Assembly (NCBI GenBank): GCA_003354005.1
Contig: PIWD01000004.1
Span: forward strand, 1-60,034
Direction of reading: 5' to 3'
DNA length: 60,034 nucleotides
DNA from: Gammaproteobacteria bacterium
Lineage (GTDB): Bacteria; Pseudomonadota; Gammaproteobacteria; PIWD01
A model generated the notes under the pieces. That model was given only the letters and a program-made list of their open reading frames with translations. It was not told the origin of the DNA and made no database searches. Shown one piece after another: positions 1 to 10,436 of the stretch (positions within the stretch are counted from its first letter, which is position 1; each line of letters opens with the position of its first letter). Position numbers and translations under genes: made by a program.

Positions 1-2
1 CG

Positions 3-2801
3 CGACTTTACACAGATCAACAATACCTAAAAACCCCCGAAGAAATGGCTGCTTTATTTCATGACCTACCTACGGCACTAAAAAATAGCGTTGAAATTGC
101 TAAGCGTTGTAACGTACATATAGAGCTTCAGCAAGTTTTTTTACCCAAATTCCCACTACCAGAGAAAACAGATTTAGTCCAGTTTTTTGAATCAAAAGCT
201 CGTCAAGGCTTACGAGAACGCTTATGCCAGCAGAGAACCCAAGGATTAACAGAAGCACAGCAAGAGGCCTACCAGCAACGCTTAAGCATGGAATTGTCTA
301 TGATCAACAAAATGGGGTATGCCAGTTACTTTTTGATTGTGGCTGATTTTATTAATTGGGCACGGAAAAACACAATTTCAGTAGGGCCTGGTCGTGGTTC
401 AGGTGCTGGCTCTTTAGTCGCCTATGTCTTAAGAATCACAAATATTGATCCATTACCGTATCGATTGCTATTCGAGCGTTTCTTGAACCCAGAACGTATT
501 TCTATGCCAGATTTTGATATTGACTTCTGCATTGAAGGGCGCGATCGCGTCATTGAATATGTCACCAAATGTTATGGTCGCGATAAAGTAGCACAAATCA
601 TTACCTTTGGTTGCATGTCAGCCAAAGCAGTAGTACGAGATGTGGGGCGTACCATGGGATATCCCTATGGTTTTGTAGATAAAATAGCCAAACTGATACC
701 CTTTGCCATTGGCATGACCTTAGATAAAGCACTAGAACAAGAAGAGCGACTAGCGGAGCGGTACCACGGCGACACAGAAGTTAAGGCACTCATTGATCTT
801 GCCCTAAAACTAGAGGGCAAGGCACGTAATGTTGGTAAACATGCTGGTGGAGTTGTCATTTCACCGTCAATCTTAACTGATTTCACACCATTGTATTGTG
901 AACCAGATGGTAGCAGCTTAGTTACCCAATTTGATAAAGATGATATCGAATGCATCGGTCTAGTAAAATTCGATTTTTTGGGGCTTCGCACCTTAACCAT
1001 CATACGGCGGGCATTGGAGATGATTCACAGCAGGGGCAGTGATCAAAGTGTATGCATCAATATAGATGATATTCCACTGGATGATGCACCAACGTATGCT
1101 CTATTACAGGCACAGAAAACATCAGCGGTATTCCAGCTTGAATCTTATGGTATTCGTAATTTAATTGCACGCTTAAAACCGAGTGCCTTCAATGATATTG
1201 TTGCATTAGTTGCCTTATATCGCCCAGGCCCTCTGCAATCTGGAATGGTCGATGATTTCATTGAACGTAAACATGGGCGTAAAGCAGTCAACTATTTGCA
1301 TCCAAAACTTGAGTCCATATTAAAAGACACCTACGGTGTCATTTTATACCAAGAACAGGTCATGCAGATAGCGCAAATTTTAGCAAACTACAGCCTAGGT
1401 GAAGCAGATATACTGCGTAGGGCAATGGGTAAAAAGAAAGTAAAGGAAATGGCAGAACAGCGCAACATCTTTACCAGTCGCGCACAAAAAAATGGCATTG
1501 AATTAAAAATAGCAGAAACAATTTTTGATTTAATGGAGAAATTCGCTGGTTATGGATTTAATAAATCGCATTCTGTCGCCTATGCTTTAATTGCTTATCA
1601 AACGGCATGGTTAAAAACCCATCATCTAGAGGAATTTATGGCGGCGGTCTTATCATCTGACATGGACAACACCGACAAAGTCGTCCTCTTTATCAATGAC
1701 GCACGAGCATTGGGGGTTGTTATTCAACCGCCAGATATTAATAAAAGTCAATACCAGTTTATTGTTGATCAAAAATCTGAAATTCGCTATGGATTAGGTG
1801 CTATTAAAGGTGTCGGAGAGGCTGCCATAACAATGCTTCTTGAGCAACGTAAAAAAGCGGGTGTCTTCCAGGATCTATTGGATCTATGCCAGCGTGTTAA
1901 CTTACGCAAAGTGAATCGTCGTGTCTTAGAAGCATTAATTATGTCTGGAGCATTAGACAGCTTTTCTCAATCGCGTGAAACATGCCTGGCCATGCTCGAT
2001 GTTGCGCTACATTCTGCTGATAAATGGGCACAGAGCAAAGCAGCAGGTCAGAGAGATTTCTTTGCAACAGATTACGGAACGGCTAGCATGAACAAGATGT
2101 TATCAGCCGAATTTAAAAAAATTAAGATAAACACTACCAATTGTTACGAAAAACGTCTAAGACAGGAAAAAGCCGTATTGGGCTGGTACATAAGTGGACA
2201 TCCCGTATTGGCATATCGTGACGAAATCAAATATTGGGACTGCAACCCCCTAAATGAACTTCGAAACAGTCGTAGCATAGTCTTTATTGTTGGGTGCATC
2301 ACCCGATTGAAAGTTAAAATAAACCGCCATGGTGAAAAAATGGCATTTGGCATCCTAGAAGATCATACAACTTCCATCGAACTATTCCTATTTTCGGATG
2401 TCTACACCGCATACCGTGACCAACTTGTCGTAGACCAGCCCATTATGGTCGAAGGTGAAATCAGTAAAAGCCGACATACTGGTCAGATGCGCCTCATCGC
2501 CCAGCGTATTGCATCAATTACAAGCGTGCGTGAACGCTATGTGAACCACCTATGGCTAAAAATTGAAGGTTCAGAGCAGCAATTTCATCAAACATTACCA
2601 AAACTTCAGACTATCTTAAAGGCTCACCAGGGAGGGCGATGTCGTGTAGTGATAGCGCGTGCCTCAACGCAGGGGAACATCGCCAACTTACAACTAAGCG
2701 ATGCCTGGCGTATCTACCCCAGTAATGCACTACTACTTGCACTACGTGAACTTTTGGAAGAAGAGAATGTCATCTTAAGATATGAAATTGTTGCAGCTTA
2801 A
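3..2801 (+). CDS. dnaE: DNA polymerase III alpha subunit, 5'-truncated by window edge
   Basis: GPGRGSGAGS, PDFDIDF, KFDFLGL and FNKSHS motifs; frame open from base 3. Confidence 0.98.
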   Translation, partial: RLYTDQQYLKTPEEMAALFHDLPTALKNSVEIAKRCNVHIELQQVFLPKFPLPEKTDLVQFFESKARQGLRERLCQQRTQGLTEAQQEAYQQRLSMELSMINKMGYASYFLIVADFINWARKNTISVGPGRGSGAGSLVAYVLRITNIDPLPYRLLFERFLNPERISMPDFDIDFCIEGRDRVIEYVTKCYGRDKVAQIITFGCMSAKAVVRDVGRTMGYPYGFVDKIAKLIPFAIGMTLDKALEQEERLAERYHGDTEVKALIDLALKLEGKARNVGKHAGGVVISPSILTDFTPLYCEPDGSSLVTQFDKDDIECIGLVKFDFLGLRTLTIIRRALEMIHSRGSDQSVCINIDDIPLDDAPTYALLQAQKTSAVFQLESYGIRNLIARLKPSAFNDIVALVALYRPGPLQSGMVDDFIERKHGRKAVNYLHPKLESILKDTYGVILYQEQVMQIAQILANYSLGEADILRRAMGKKKVKEMAEQRNIFTSRAQKNGIELKIAETIFDLMEKFAGYGFNKSHSVAYALIAYQTAWLKTHHLEEFMAAVLSSDMDNTDKVVLFINDARALGVVIQPPDINKSQYQFIVDQKSEIRYGLGAIKGVGEAAITMLLEQRKKAGVFQDLLDLCQRVNLRKVNRRVLEALIMSGALDSFSQSRETCLAMLDVALHSADKWAQSKAAGQRDFFATDYGTASMNKMLSAEFKKIKINTTNCYEKRLRQEKAVLGWYISGHPVLAYRDEIKYWDCNPLNELRNSRSIVFIVGCITRLKVKINRHGEKMAFGILEDHTTSIELFLFSDVYTAYRDQLVVDQPIMVEGEISKSRHTGQMRLIAQRIASITSVRERYVNHLWLKIEGSEQQFHQTLPKLQTILKAHQGGRCRVVIARASTQGNIANLQLSDAWRIYPSNALLLALRELLEEENVILRYEIVAA

Positions 2802-2859
2802 CTCATAGTTTGATTAAAAAATTGCTTTTTAGCTGAACCAGGCATTCCACGCTAGATTT

Positions 2860-2998
2860 TCCAACCTGCATATTAAATGCGACAGCACCTTCCTGTTCTA
2901 GTATTTCTTGATGTTCTCATAGATCAACAGTACACTCTAGCTGCGAAAATGGAGAAAATGCTGATATGAAAATTTTACCAAAAATGAGCGTAACGCCC
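2860..2998 (+). mobile_element. IS605-family remnant: tnpA 5' end, divergent tnpA/tnpB promoter and left-end-like piece
   Basis: cctgttctagtatttcttgatgttctcatagatcaacagtacactctagc matches 47232-47281; minus strand reads RTGR like the TnpA N-terminus. Confidence 0.7.
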
Positions 2999-4021
2999 TC
3001 AATTTAGAGAACTGGTGTTAGTATTATTTTCTGCCAATAATTCTTTGAATAGTCTAGCATTACACTGATCACTTCTCATTGTCTTCTTAATCATTCGACC
3101 AAGATCTCCCATTGTTAGTGACTCCTCTGGTGGTGAACCAGGATGGAAGATATAAATATAAAGAGATTGGAGAGAGACTACAAGCATCGATAAGAACATC
3201 ATAGACAGACCTAAGACAGGAAGTGGCCACCAAAAATTCATACCTACGCCCACGAGTGCCACCGATATAGCGAATATATTAGCGCCAGTAAGCATAGTCA
3301 TATAGCAAAAATTTTCCAGTTTTTCAAATTTACTGGAAACTTTATAGTCAGAAATGAAAATATGAATTAGCTTAAAAATTATATAATGGGAGGTGATACC
3401 AGAGTTAGTGATAAACAATAAGCAACTTACTTGGATTAAGCAAGGTAAAAATAAGCACAGTGCAAAAATTAAAAAATTGAGGAATGTGGTCATCATAAAA
3501 GTTCTTTGAAGAAAAATCGGTTGCACAAAAAATCTATACTTCTCTTTTTTGTAAGCCAAAAACAAAAGTGAAGCAGATAATACAAAAAAAGGTATGGCTG
3601 CCAGAAAGAAATAGACATTTAAAATCCCAAATGCCGATACAGTCATAAATAACACTAGAGCTAATGCCGTAAGGAACACTTCTTTACTCTTTATTATTCT
3701 TTCAATCTCCAATAGTCTTTTACCTTCCTTGTACAGATTAGATATATATTTTTCCGTATATCTGTCTATCGTTTTACGCGTTAACTCATGGAGTATAATT
3801 TTAAGTCTTGCAACATACAGAAAACTAAAGATTCCAAGCCTATTATTATTCTTATTCGTACGCAACCCAAATATCGGCATGTCCGAAAGCAAGACAAAGT
3901 TGATCATCCCGTTCATATCATTGGCATCGATTTTTTCGGTAAAAATAAATTCTACAATCTTTATAATCAAGTAATTATATTTCTTTAAATTATCTTCATT
4001 TACTAGTTGAATATTTTGCAT
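2999..4021 (-). CDS. Orphan multi-pass membrane protein
   Basis: 340 aa AT-rich ORF with several hydrophobic segments; no family recognised. Confidence 0.7.
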   Translation of the reverse strand: MQNIQLVNEDNLKKYNYLIIKIVEFIFTEKIDANDMNGMINFVLLSDMPIFGLRTNKNNNRLGIFSFLYVARLKIILHELTRKTIDRYTEKYISNLYKEGKRLLEIERIIKSKEVFLTALALVLFMTVSAFGILNVYFFLAAIPFFVLSASLLFLAYKKEKYRFFVQPIFLQRTFMMTTFLNFLIFALCLFLPCLIQVSCLLFITNSGITSHYIIFKLIHIFISDYKVSSKFEKLENFCYMTMLTGANIFAISVALVGVGMNFWWPLPVLGLSMMFLSMLVVSLQSLYIYIFHPGSPPEESLTMGDLGRMIKKTMRSDQCNARLFKELLAENNTNTSSLN

Positions 4022-4128
4022 TACCTACCCAGTATGTTTGAGTTAACTAAAATCCCACACACAGTGTATACAATAGAATATATGGTGTCGAGCAAAATAG
4101 TTGCGATTACTTATTAAAAAAGGTAAAA

Positions 4129-4346
4129 GGCAACTGAAAAAGTCAATCACAGTTTAACTGTTAAAGCTGTGAACATAAAGAGCATGCGGATATAAGTGCC
4201 AAAAAAATATTTTAGTAGCAAGGCACGCTGTGTTAGCCTGTGGAGAGATGGCATTAGCTAATTAGATGAAGCAGAAACCTCTGGTAATGGGCGACAACCA
4301 GCTTAGTAATAGGAATCTCCTTTCTTTAGGTAGGGGAGGATGTCAA
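4129..4346 (+). mobile_element. IS605-family remnant: tnpB 3' end plus right end (omega-RNA region)
   Basis: Reads GN*KSQSQFNC*SCEHKEHADISAK / NILVARHAVLACGE (TnpB zinc finger and RuvC-III); ends with hairpin and GGGGAGGATGTCAA. Confidence 0.88.
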
Positions 4347-5020
4347 TCCAGCGACCAATCAATTGGCTGTTTTCCCAGACGTTCAAGGATTGTATTTGTC
4401 TTAGAGAAATGACGACAACCCAGGAAACCGTGATTGGCGGCCAAGGGTGAGGGGTGCGTGGTACGTAGTACAAAGTGTTTATTGCGGTCAATATGTTGGC
4501 ATTTTTTTTGTGCAGAAGAACCCCACAATAAAAAAACCACACCATCTTTACTATCATTAACAACCTGGATAACCTTATCAGTAAACGTCTCCCAGCCTAT
4601 AGATGCGTGTGACTGTGGTTGACTGGCCTGCACGCTAAGGACGGAATTTAACAATAGCACACCTTGTCGTGCCCACTTCGTAAGATTTCCGTGTTTGGGG
4701 GCAGGGATATTTAAATCACTGTGCAGCTCCTTAAAGATATTTTTTAGGGAAGGTGGTGGTGTAATGCCTTTACATACCGAAAAACACAGACCGTGTGCCT
4801 GCTGTGGCCCATGGTAGGGGTCTTGCCCTAATATAACAACCTTAACGTCTAGTATGGGCGTATATCGTAGAGCATTAAAAATATCGTGGTGAGATGGATA
4901 AACAGTGATGCCTTGTTGTTTGCACCGTGCCAACTGAGCTAAAATTGCTTGAAAATAAGGCATTTGTTTCTGTTCAGCCAGGGCATCTTTCCATGTCAGG
5001 TTACTTATCGTTGAATTCAT
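4343..5020 (-). CDS. ung: Uracil-DNA glycosylase
   Basis: GQDPYH, HPSPL and PIDW motifs; start placed at ATG 5020. Confidence 0.97.
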   Translation of the reverse strand: MNSTISNLTWKDALAEQKQMPYFQAILAQLARCKQQGITVYPSHHDIFNALRYTPILDVKVVILGQDPYHGPQQAHGLCFSVCKGITPPPSLKNIFKELHSDLNIPAPKHGNLTKWARQGVLLLNSVLSVQASQPQSHASIGWETFTDKVIQVVNDSKDGVVFLLWGSSAQKKCQHIDRNKHFVLRTTHPSPLAANHGFLGCRHFSKTNTILERLGKQPIDWSLD

Positions 5021-5170
5021 CTTTGTAGTCCTTTTCTTTTCGGGATGCCACAACTTTGGAGGCATATCGTTTGTAATTATTGCGAAGAACATTACAATAC
5101 ACAAGTGTAAGGAGTAAGTTATTAGATTGCTAAATCAATTTTTGAAAATCACCCTGATAGGAGGAAAGTT

Positions 5171-6289
5171 ATGCGTATTGGTGTGCCTAAAGAAATAAAA
5201 GAATCGGAATATCGTGCAGGTTTATTGCCTGGAAGCGTGCATGAACTGGTCATGCGTGGACATGAGGTTGTTGTAGAACATGATTTGGGCATAGGAATTG
5301 GTTTTACAGATCAGGATTATGAAGCTGCTGGTGCAACCGTAGAGAAAAGTGCTAAAAAAATATTTAAAGAAGCTGACATGATTGTCAAGGTAAAAGAACC
5401 ACAACTAAATGAGTGCGACATGTTGCACGAAGATCAAATCTTATTCACCTTCCTGCATCTAGCTCCAGACCTCAAGCAAGCTGAGGCACTACAGAAGTCT
5501 AAATGTGTTGCAATTGCTTATGAAACCGTAACAGATATGCAAGGTGGGTTGCCATTATTATTACCCATGAGTCAGGTTGCAGGTCGCTTATCTGTCCAAA
5601 TGGGCGCACGTTACTTAGAAAAGATACAAGGTGGTAGCGGTATTTTATTATCAGGTGTGCCAGGTGTTCCTTCAGCTAAAGTCGTTGTTTTAGGTGGTGG
5701 AGTTGTTGGTACAAATGCCATGAGGATGGCAATTGGACAAGAGTCCAATGTTACTATTATGGATCGTTCCCTACGGCGATTACGAGCACTTGATTTGCAA
5801 TTCGGTGTAAAAATTAACACCGTCTATGCTACACAAGATTCTATTGCTGAATACGTGCGTGATGCAGATTTAGTGATTGGGGCAGTTTTAGTACCTGGTG
5901 GTTCTGCACCTAAGCTTGTCAACCGTGATTTATTAAAACAGATGCGAACGGGTTCAGTGATTGTTGACGTTGCGATTGATCAGGGGGGGTGCTTTGAAAC
6001 CAGCCGTCCTACATCGCATTCAGAGCCGACATACGTTGAAGAAGGCATTATTCATTATTGTGTATCCAATATGCCTGGGGCAGTGCCACGAACCGCTGCA
6101 TTTGCGCTCAATAATGCGACCCTACCGTTTGCAATTGCTTTGGCGAACAAAGGGTATCGTAAAGCAATGTTGGATAATCAGCATTTATTGAATGGCCTGA
6201 ATGTGTGCCATGGTCATATTACACATCCAGTACTTGCGCGTGACTTGAAAAAAGAATGCATACCATCTGAAGAAATATTAATGTCATAA
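5171..6289 (+). CDS. ald: Alanine dehydrogenase
   Basis: GVPKEIK, VKVKEP, AIDQGGCFETS, NMPGAVP; GGAGG RBS. Confidence 0.97.
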   Translation: MRIGVPKEIKESEYRAGLLPGSVHELVMRGHEVVVEHDLGIGIGFTDQDYEAAGATVEKSAKKIFKEADMIVKVKEPQLNECDMLHEDQILFTFLHLAPDLKQAEALQKSKCVAIAYETVTDMQGGLPLLLPMSQVAGRLSVQMGARYLEKIQGGSGILLSGVPGVPSAKVVVLGGGVVGTNAMRMAIGQESNVTIMDRSLRRLRALDLQFGVKINTVYATQDSIAEYVRDADLVIGAVLVPGGSAPKLVNRDLLKQMRTGSVIVDVAIDQGGCFETSRPTSHSEPTYVEEGIIHYCVSNMPGAVPRTAAFALNNATLPFAIALANKGYRKAMLDNQHLLNGLNVCHGHITHPVLARDLKKECIPSEEILMS

Positions 6290-6309
6290 TACAGACATCG
6301 AGGTAGTTA

Positions 6310-7455
6310 TCATTGATGATTTGTCAACAACAAACGAACCTGTTGTATAAAAGGCAGATCATGGCAGGCGTCGCGGTATTGTTTGGTGACGGCATCTAGT
6401 TGCGTCATACGAGGGGTATTATTGGGGAACCACAGTTCAACCTCGATTGTGTTGTGCAAATAATGTAATTTGTAGGTTAGCAGTTGCTGAAATCCTGGTA
6501 AATCCTTCCAGCGTTCATCTAATTTGGGCCATAACTCATTACGACTAGGTAAATTTTTGGTGCTAGTAAATTTTTCGTCATCCTCTGAGTCAATATGTGT
6601 CGTCACATCCATCACATTCTCAACTTTTTTGACAATGGCAAGATGGACTTGCGATGCAATATGGTGACCCTCTGATACACTGATATGAGAGTCAACCATA
6701 ATATGAACATCGACGAGTATGCGCTTTCCCATCAGTCGCGTGCGCAACTGGTGTAGAGCAAGCACTCCTGGTGTTTCATGAATGATCTGCTTGATATACG
6801 CTAGTGTCTTTGGTTTAGTGCCTGTATCGATCAATTCACAGATACTTGACCACCCTAATTTTATGCCCATATTGATGATAATAATACTGACAAATGTTGT
6901 AGCGATGCCATCAGCATAAACAAAGCCGAATCGTATACCGAGCAATGCAATAACAACGATGAGTGAGGAAGCTGCATCACTACGATTGTGCAAGGCACTG
7001 GCAAACAGCAAATCGGAATTGACTTGTTTTGCAACAAACCGCATATAGTGATATAACATTTCGTTTGCAAGAATTGACAAAGAAGTGATCCAAATTGCGT
7101 AATGATGTGCATAGGGCAGTGCATCAGGATGCCATATATGCTGGATACCAGATGTCAGCATAGTGGCGCCTATCAAACTAATGATTGCCGCGAGCACAAT
7201 CGTTACAGCCGTTTCGATACGTCCGTGTCCGTAGGGATGGCAACTGTCAGCTTCTTGGTTACCATAATAGCTTGCCAGCATAATCAAAAAATCAATTGCC
7301 AAATCAGAACATGAGTGAATACCATCGGCGAATAAGGCGTGAATACCAAACGTTATACCAATAGCAACTTGTCCGATGCCTAGCAAACCGTTAACAAACA
7401 AACTGACAAAAGTTGCAAAGCGAATCCTCTGATGTCGATGATGACCAATATGCAT
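6310..7455 (-). CDS. Cation diffusion facilitator family transporter (FieF-like)
   Basis: ADGIHSCSD, HPYGHGRIE, HNRSD motifs and TM helices. Confidence 0.93.
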   Translation of the reverse strand: MHIGHHRHQRIRFATFVSLFVNGLLGIGQVAIGITFGIHALFADGIHSCSDLAIDFLIMLASYYGNQEADSCHPYGHGRIETAVTIVLAAIISLIGATMLTSGIQHIWHPDALPYAHHYAIWITSLSILANEMLYHYMRFVAKQVNSDLLFASALHNRSDAASSLIVVIALLGIRFGFVYADGIATTFVSIIIINMGIKLGWSSICELIDTGTKPKTLAYIKQIIHETPGVLALHQLRTRLMGKRILVDVHIMVDSHISVSEGHHIASQVHLAIVKKVENVMDVTTHIDSEDDEKFTSTKNLPSRNELWPKLDERWKDLPGFQQLLTYKLHYLHNTIEVELWFPNNTPRMTQLDAVTKQYRDACHDLPFIQQVRLLLTNHQ

Positions 7456-7647
7456 ACCTGCATTATACCCATATCCTCATTCAAATAGAAACTAATTTGA
7501 TGAGTCAATGGACTTTGTTTAGCTGATTTGCTAAAGTGGGCACACAAAATAGATACTTGATATTTGAGGATGAGCTAGGTGTCCATATTTGGCAAAAGCC
7601 ATCACCATATTGAGTTGGTGTGACGATTAAAGTGAGATCATACAGTT

Positions 7648-9033
7648 ATGCACTGCAAACAGCTTATTCTTAGTCAAGAAATTTATCAAACTGCAATCCC
7701 TATTTACTTGCTTAGGCAGTCAGACTTAGTCGGATGGCTTGAGACACAGGATAGCTTGACGCGTCAGTGGGTGAAGAGCATACATTATCAGGCCAAAGAA
7801 GGTGAAGTAGCCTTAATTGCTGATGCGGAGGGCAAGTTAAAATATGTACTGCTAGGCTATGGCAAGCATACTGATTTTTGGAATATCGGGCGATTACCTA
7901 AAAAATTACCACCTGGTAATTACCGTATTGAAGGTAAGACACTTCATTCACTAAGAGACATTGCATTGGTGTGGGCTTTAGGCTGTTATCAGTTTGGACG
8001 TTATAAGAAATCCAAGATGATTAAAAGCCGTTTAGTTATGCCAGATGATTTTAAGTTGGCTCATTTGCAAGAAGAGATTGAGGCAACTTATTTAGTGCGA
8101 GACTTAATCAACACACCCGCAGAGGATATGGGGTCAGTCCAGCTTGCCGAGTCAGTTTGTCAAGTTGCTGAGCAACACCAGGCCAAGGTTAAACAGATTA
8201 TTGGTGAAGAATTGTGCTCCGAAAATTACCCAGCAATTTATCATGTTGGCCGTGCTGGCGGTGATGCACCACGTTTAATTGACCTAAAATGGGGTCAATC
8301 CACACATCCTAAGCTTGTACTGATTGGGAAAGGTGTCTGTTTTGATAGTGGTGGCTTACAACTTAAATCACCAGCAGGTTTATTGGGTATGAAAAAAGAC
8401 ATGGGTGGGGCGGCACATGCTCTAGCTTTAGCCAAATTAATTATGGCTTACCGCCTACCAGTACAACTTCGTGTATTGATTCCAGCCGTTGAAAATGCCA
8501 TATCTGAAAAAGCTTATAAACCTGGGGATATTCTAGCAACTCGTAAAAATATTAATGTCGAAATCGTAAATACAGATGCGGAGGGGCGGTTAATATTAGC
8601 CGATGCACTGGCTGAAGCATGTAGTTGGAAACCCACCATGATCATTGATTTTGCGACACTGACGGGAGCTGCACGTATTGCACTTGGGCCAGATCTGCCA
8701 GCTCTATTCAGCAACCGTGATCAGCTTGCAACAGAGATTATGAAGTGTGGTATACAGGAACATGACCCATTATGGCATATGCCCTTATACAAACCGTATC
8801 GTAAATTTTTGAGAAGCAACATAGCTGATATTGTTAATGCATCATCAAATCGTGGTGGTTCGATTACTGCAGCTTTATTTTTACAGTCATTTGTTAACGA
8901 CTCAATTGATTGGGTACATATTGATTTGATGGGGTTTTATATACGCAACCTGCCAGGTCGCTCTAAGGGTGGTGCTGCGATGGGATTGCGAGCCATGTAT
9001 CATTACTTGAAGAATCGCTATGCACCTTCTTAG
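7648..9033 (+). CDS. M17 leucyl aminopeptidase (PepA/PepB family)
   Basis: GKGVCFDSGG, MKKDMGGAA, NTDAEGRL. Confidence 0.95.
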   Translation: MHCKQLILSQEIYQTAIPIYLLRQSDLVGWLETQDSLTRQWVKSIHYQAKEGEVALIADAEGKLKYVLLGYGKHTDFWNIGRLPKKLPPGNYRIEGKTLHSLRDIALVWALGCYQFGRYKKSKMIKSRLVMPDDFKLAHLQEEIEATYLVRDLINTPAEDMGSVQLAESVCQVAEQHQAKVKQIIGEELCSENYPAIYHVGRAGGDAPRLIDLKWGQSTHPKLVLIGKGVCFDSGGLQLKSPAGLLGMKKDMGGAAHALALAKLIMAYRLPVQLRVLIPAVENAISEKAYKPGDILATRKNINVEIVNTDAEGRLILADALAEACSWKPTMIIDFATLTGAARIALGPDLPALFSNRDQLATEIMKCGIQEHDPLWHMPLYKPYRKFLRSNIADIVNASSNRGGSITAALFLQSFVNDSIDWVHIDLMGFYIRNLPGRSKGGAAMGLRAMYHYLKNRYAPS

Positions 9034-9044
9034 TTAAATTATCA

Positions 9045-9121
9045 GCGCCTGTAGCTCAGTTGGATAGAGTACCTGGCTTCGAACCAGGTGGTCGGGGGTT
9101 CGAATCCCTCCAGGCGCGCCA
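9045..9121 (+). tRNA. tRNA-Arg (anticodon UCG)
   Basis: Acceptor GCGCCTG/CAGGCGC, anticodon arm CCTGG-CTTCGAA-CCAGG, GTTCGAATC T-loop, encoded CCA. Confidence 0.96.
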
Positions 9122-9266
9122 TTTTTCGTATGGTTTACACTGGAGGTATAGAATTACCAATTGCTCACTACCTGCGTGCCCAACTCAAATTGAAAGCACA
9201 ACAACTTGATGGTGTATGTTATTTGTGGTATCATGAGCATCTTGTGATGCTTTCTTGGAGATATAG

Positions 9267-10436
9267 GTGAGAGAAAACAGTAAAATTGTCCTTTTTTGTT
9301 ATATGTTGCTACAGTCTTGTTTCTTCCCTTTTTGCGCATACCTTATTCGTTTACTCGCGTTCATATATATGTATAAGTTCGCTCTTGGGCTTGATGTGTC
9401 CAGTGTACTTATAATAACCACCAATAAGATTACTGTCATTATGGGCATTTATATGGTCACTTATGGTCTCATACCTCTAGTCACTCTCTCTGTTTCTTTT
9501 CTTGTTAAGTTTGTGTATGAGTGGTATAAAGATTATGGAAAAGTGAGTAAAAATGAAAAAAACAAGTATGGATATATTTATCTTTGTCTTGTGCAATGCA
9601 GACCTCTTGCATACTTAATCATGATTAGCGTAACGTCTATTCTTTGTACTGTTTTTCATCCACTATTTTTTATTCTTGTATCTTCATCTGACCTATTGAT
9701 CGACCTACCTATTTGTTGGTTCTATATAAAATGTAAGGTTCACACTTGTTACGGTGGGAGTTGCAGTGTAGGTAAGAAACTTATAGAGGTTATAGCAATG
9801 TTGCTTCCCCATATTTTGCTACCCTTAATGTTCGTTCCAGCCACCTTTTTATCAGTATTTGTAGCCAAATATACCGTTTTATGTACATTAACAATATGGC
9901 TCATCTATTTGTTAGTTAAATTTACACTAGCAACAGATAATTTGAGAAAAAATAATTTGAGAGTAGACTTATACTCAGATATTAATACAGATATTATTAG
10001 TAACGTCTTATCTAAGAATAAAATATTAATATTTTTTAACAATAAAGTAAGGTATAGTAGGTTTTTCGGTAATTATCTTGGAATTAAAGAAGATTCTTGG
10101 GCAGTGGTTAATGAGTATTTCAGTAAAATTTTATATGAAATAATGGAAGTAGAAGGTAGCGAGCCATTGGAGATCATCGAACAAGAAGATAAACCTCCAG
10201 AAGATAAACCTCCAGAAGATAAACCTTCTGTACTGGTTCAATGGGTGGATATGTCGAATGATATGTTTACGGAGGAAAAAATTTTTCTAGACAATAATAA
10301 TACTGTCAAAGGTTTTATAGATCATTTAAATGGAGAAAATCTACTAAGATTTCATGTGAAAACACTTTCGCTTGATAATATGGAGCTTAGGTGTAATGCT
10401 ACCATTTCTATGAATACTACTTTACTTGCTTATTAA
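9267..10436 (+). CDS. Orphan membrane protein with soluble C-terminal tail
   Basis: 389 aa AT-rich ORF just after the tRNA; hydrophobic N-terminal half. Confidence 0.7.
   Translation: MRENSKIVLFCYMLLQSCFFPFCAYLIRLLAFIYMYKFALGLDVSSVLIITTNKITVIMGIYMVTYGLIPLVTLSVSFLVKFVYEWYKDYGKVSKNEKNKYGYIYLCLVQCRPLAYLIMISVTSILCTVFHPLFFILVSSSDLLIDLPICWFYIKCKVHTCYGGSCSVGKKLIEVIAMLLPHILLPLMFVPATFLSVFVAKYTVLCTLTIWLIYLLVKFTLATDNLRKNNLRVDLYSDINTDIISNVLSKNKILIFFNNKVRYSRFFGNYLGIKEDSWAVVNEYFSKILYEIMEVEGSEPLEIIEQEDKPPEDKPPEDKPSVLVQWVDMSNDMFTEEKIFLDNNNTVKGFIDHLNGENLLRFHVKTLSLDNMELRCNATISMNTTLLAY
10184..10226 (+). repeat. 15-bp in-frame tandem repeat (EDKPP, nearly 3 copies)
   Basis: agaagataaacctcc twice plus a partial third copy. 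Confidence 0.9.
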
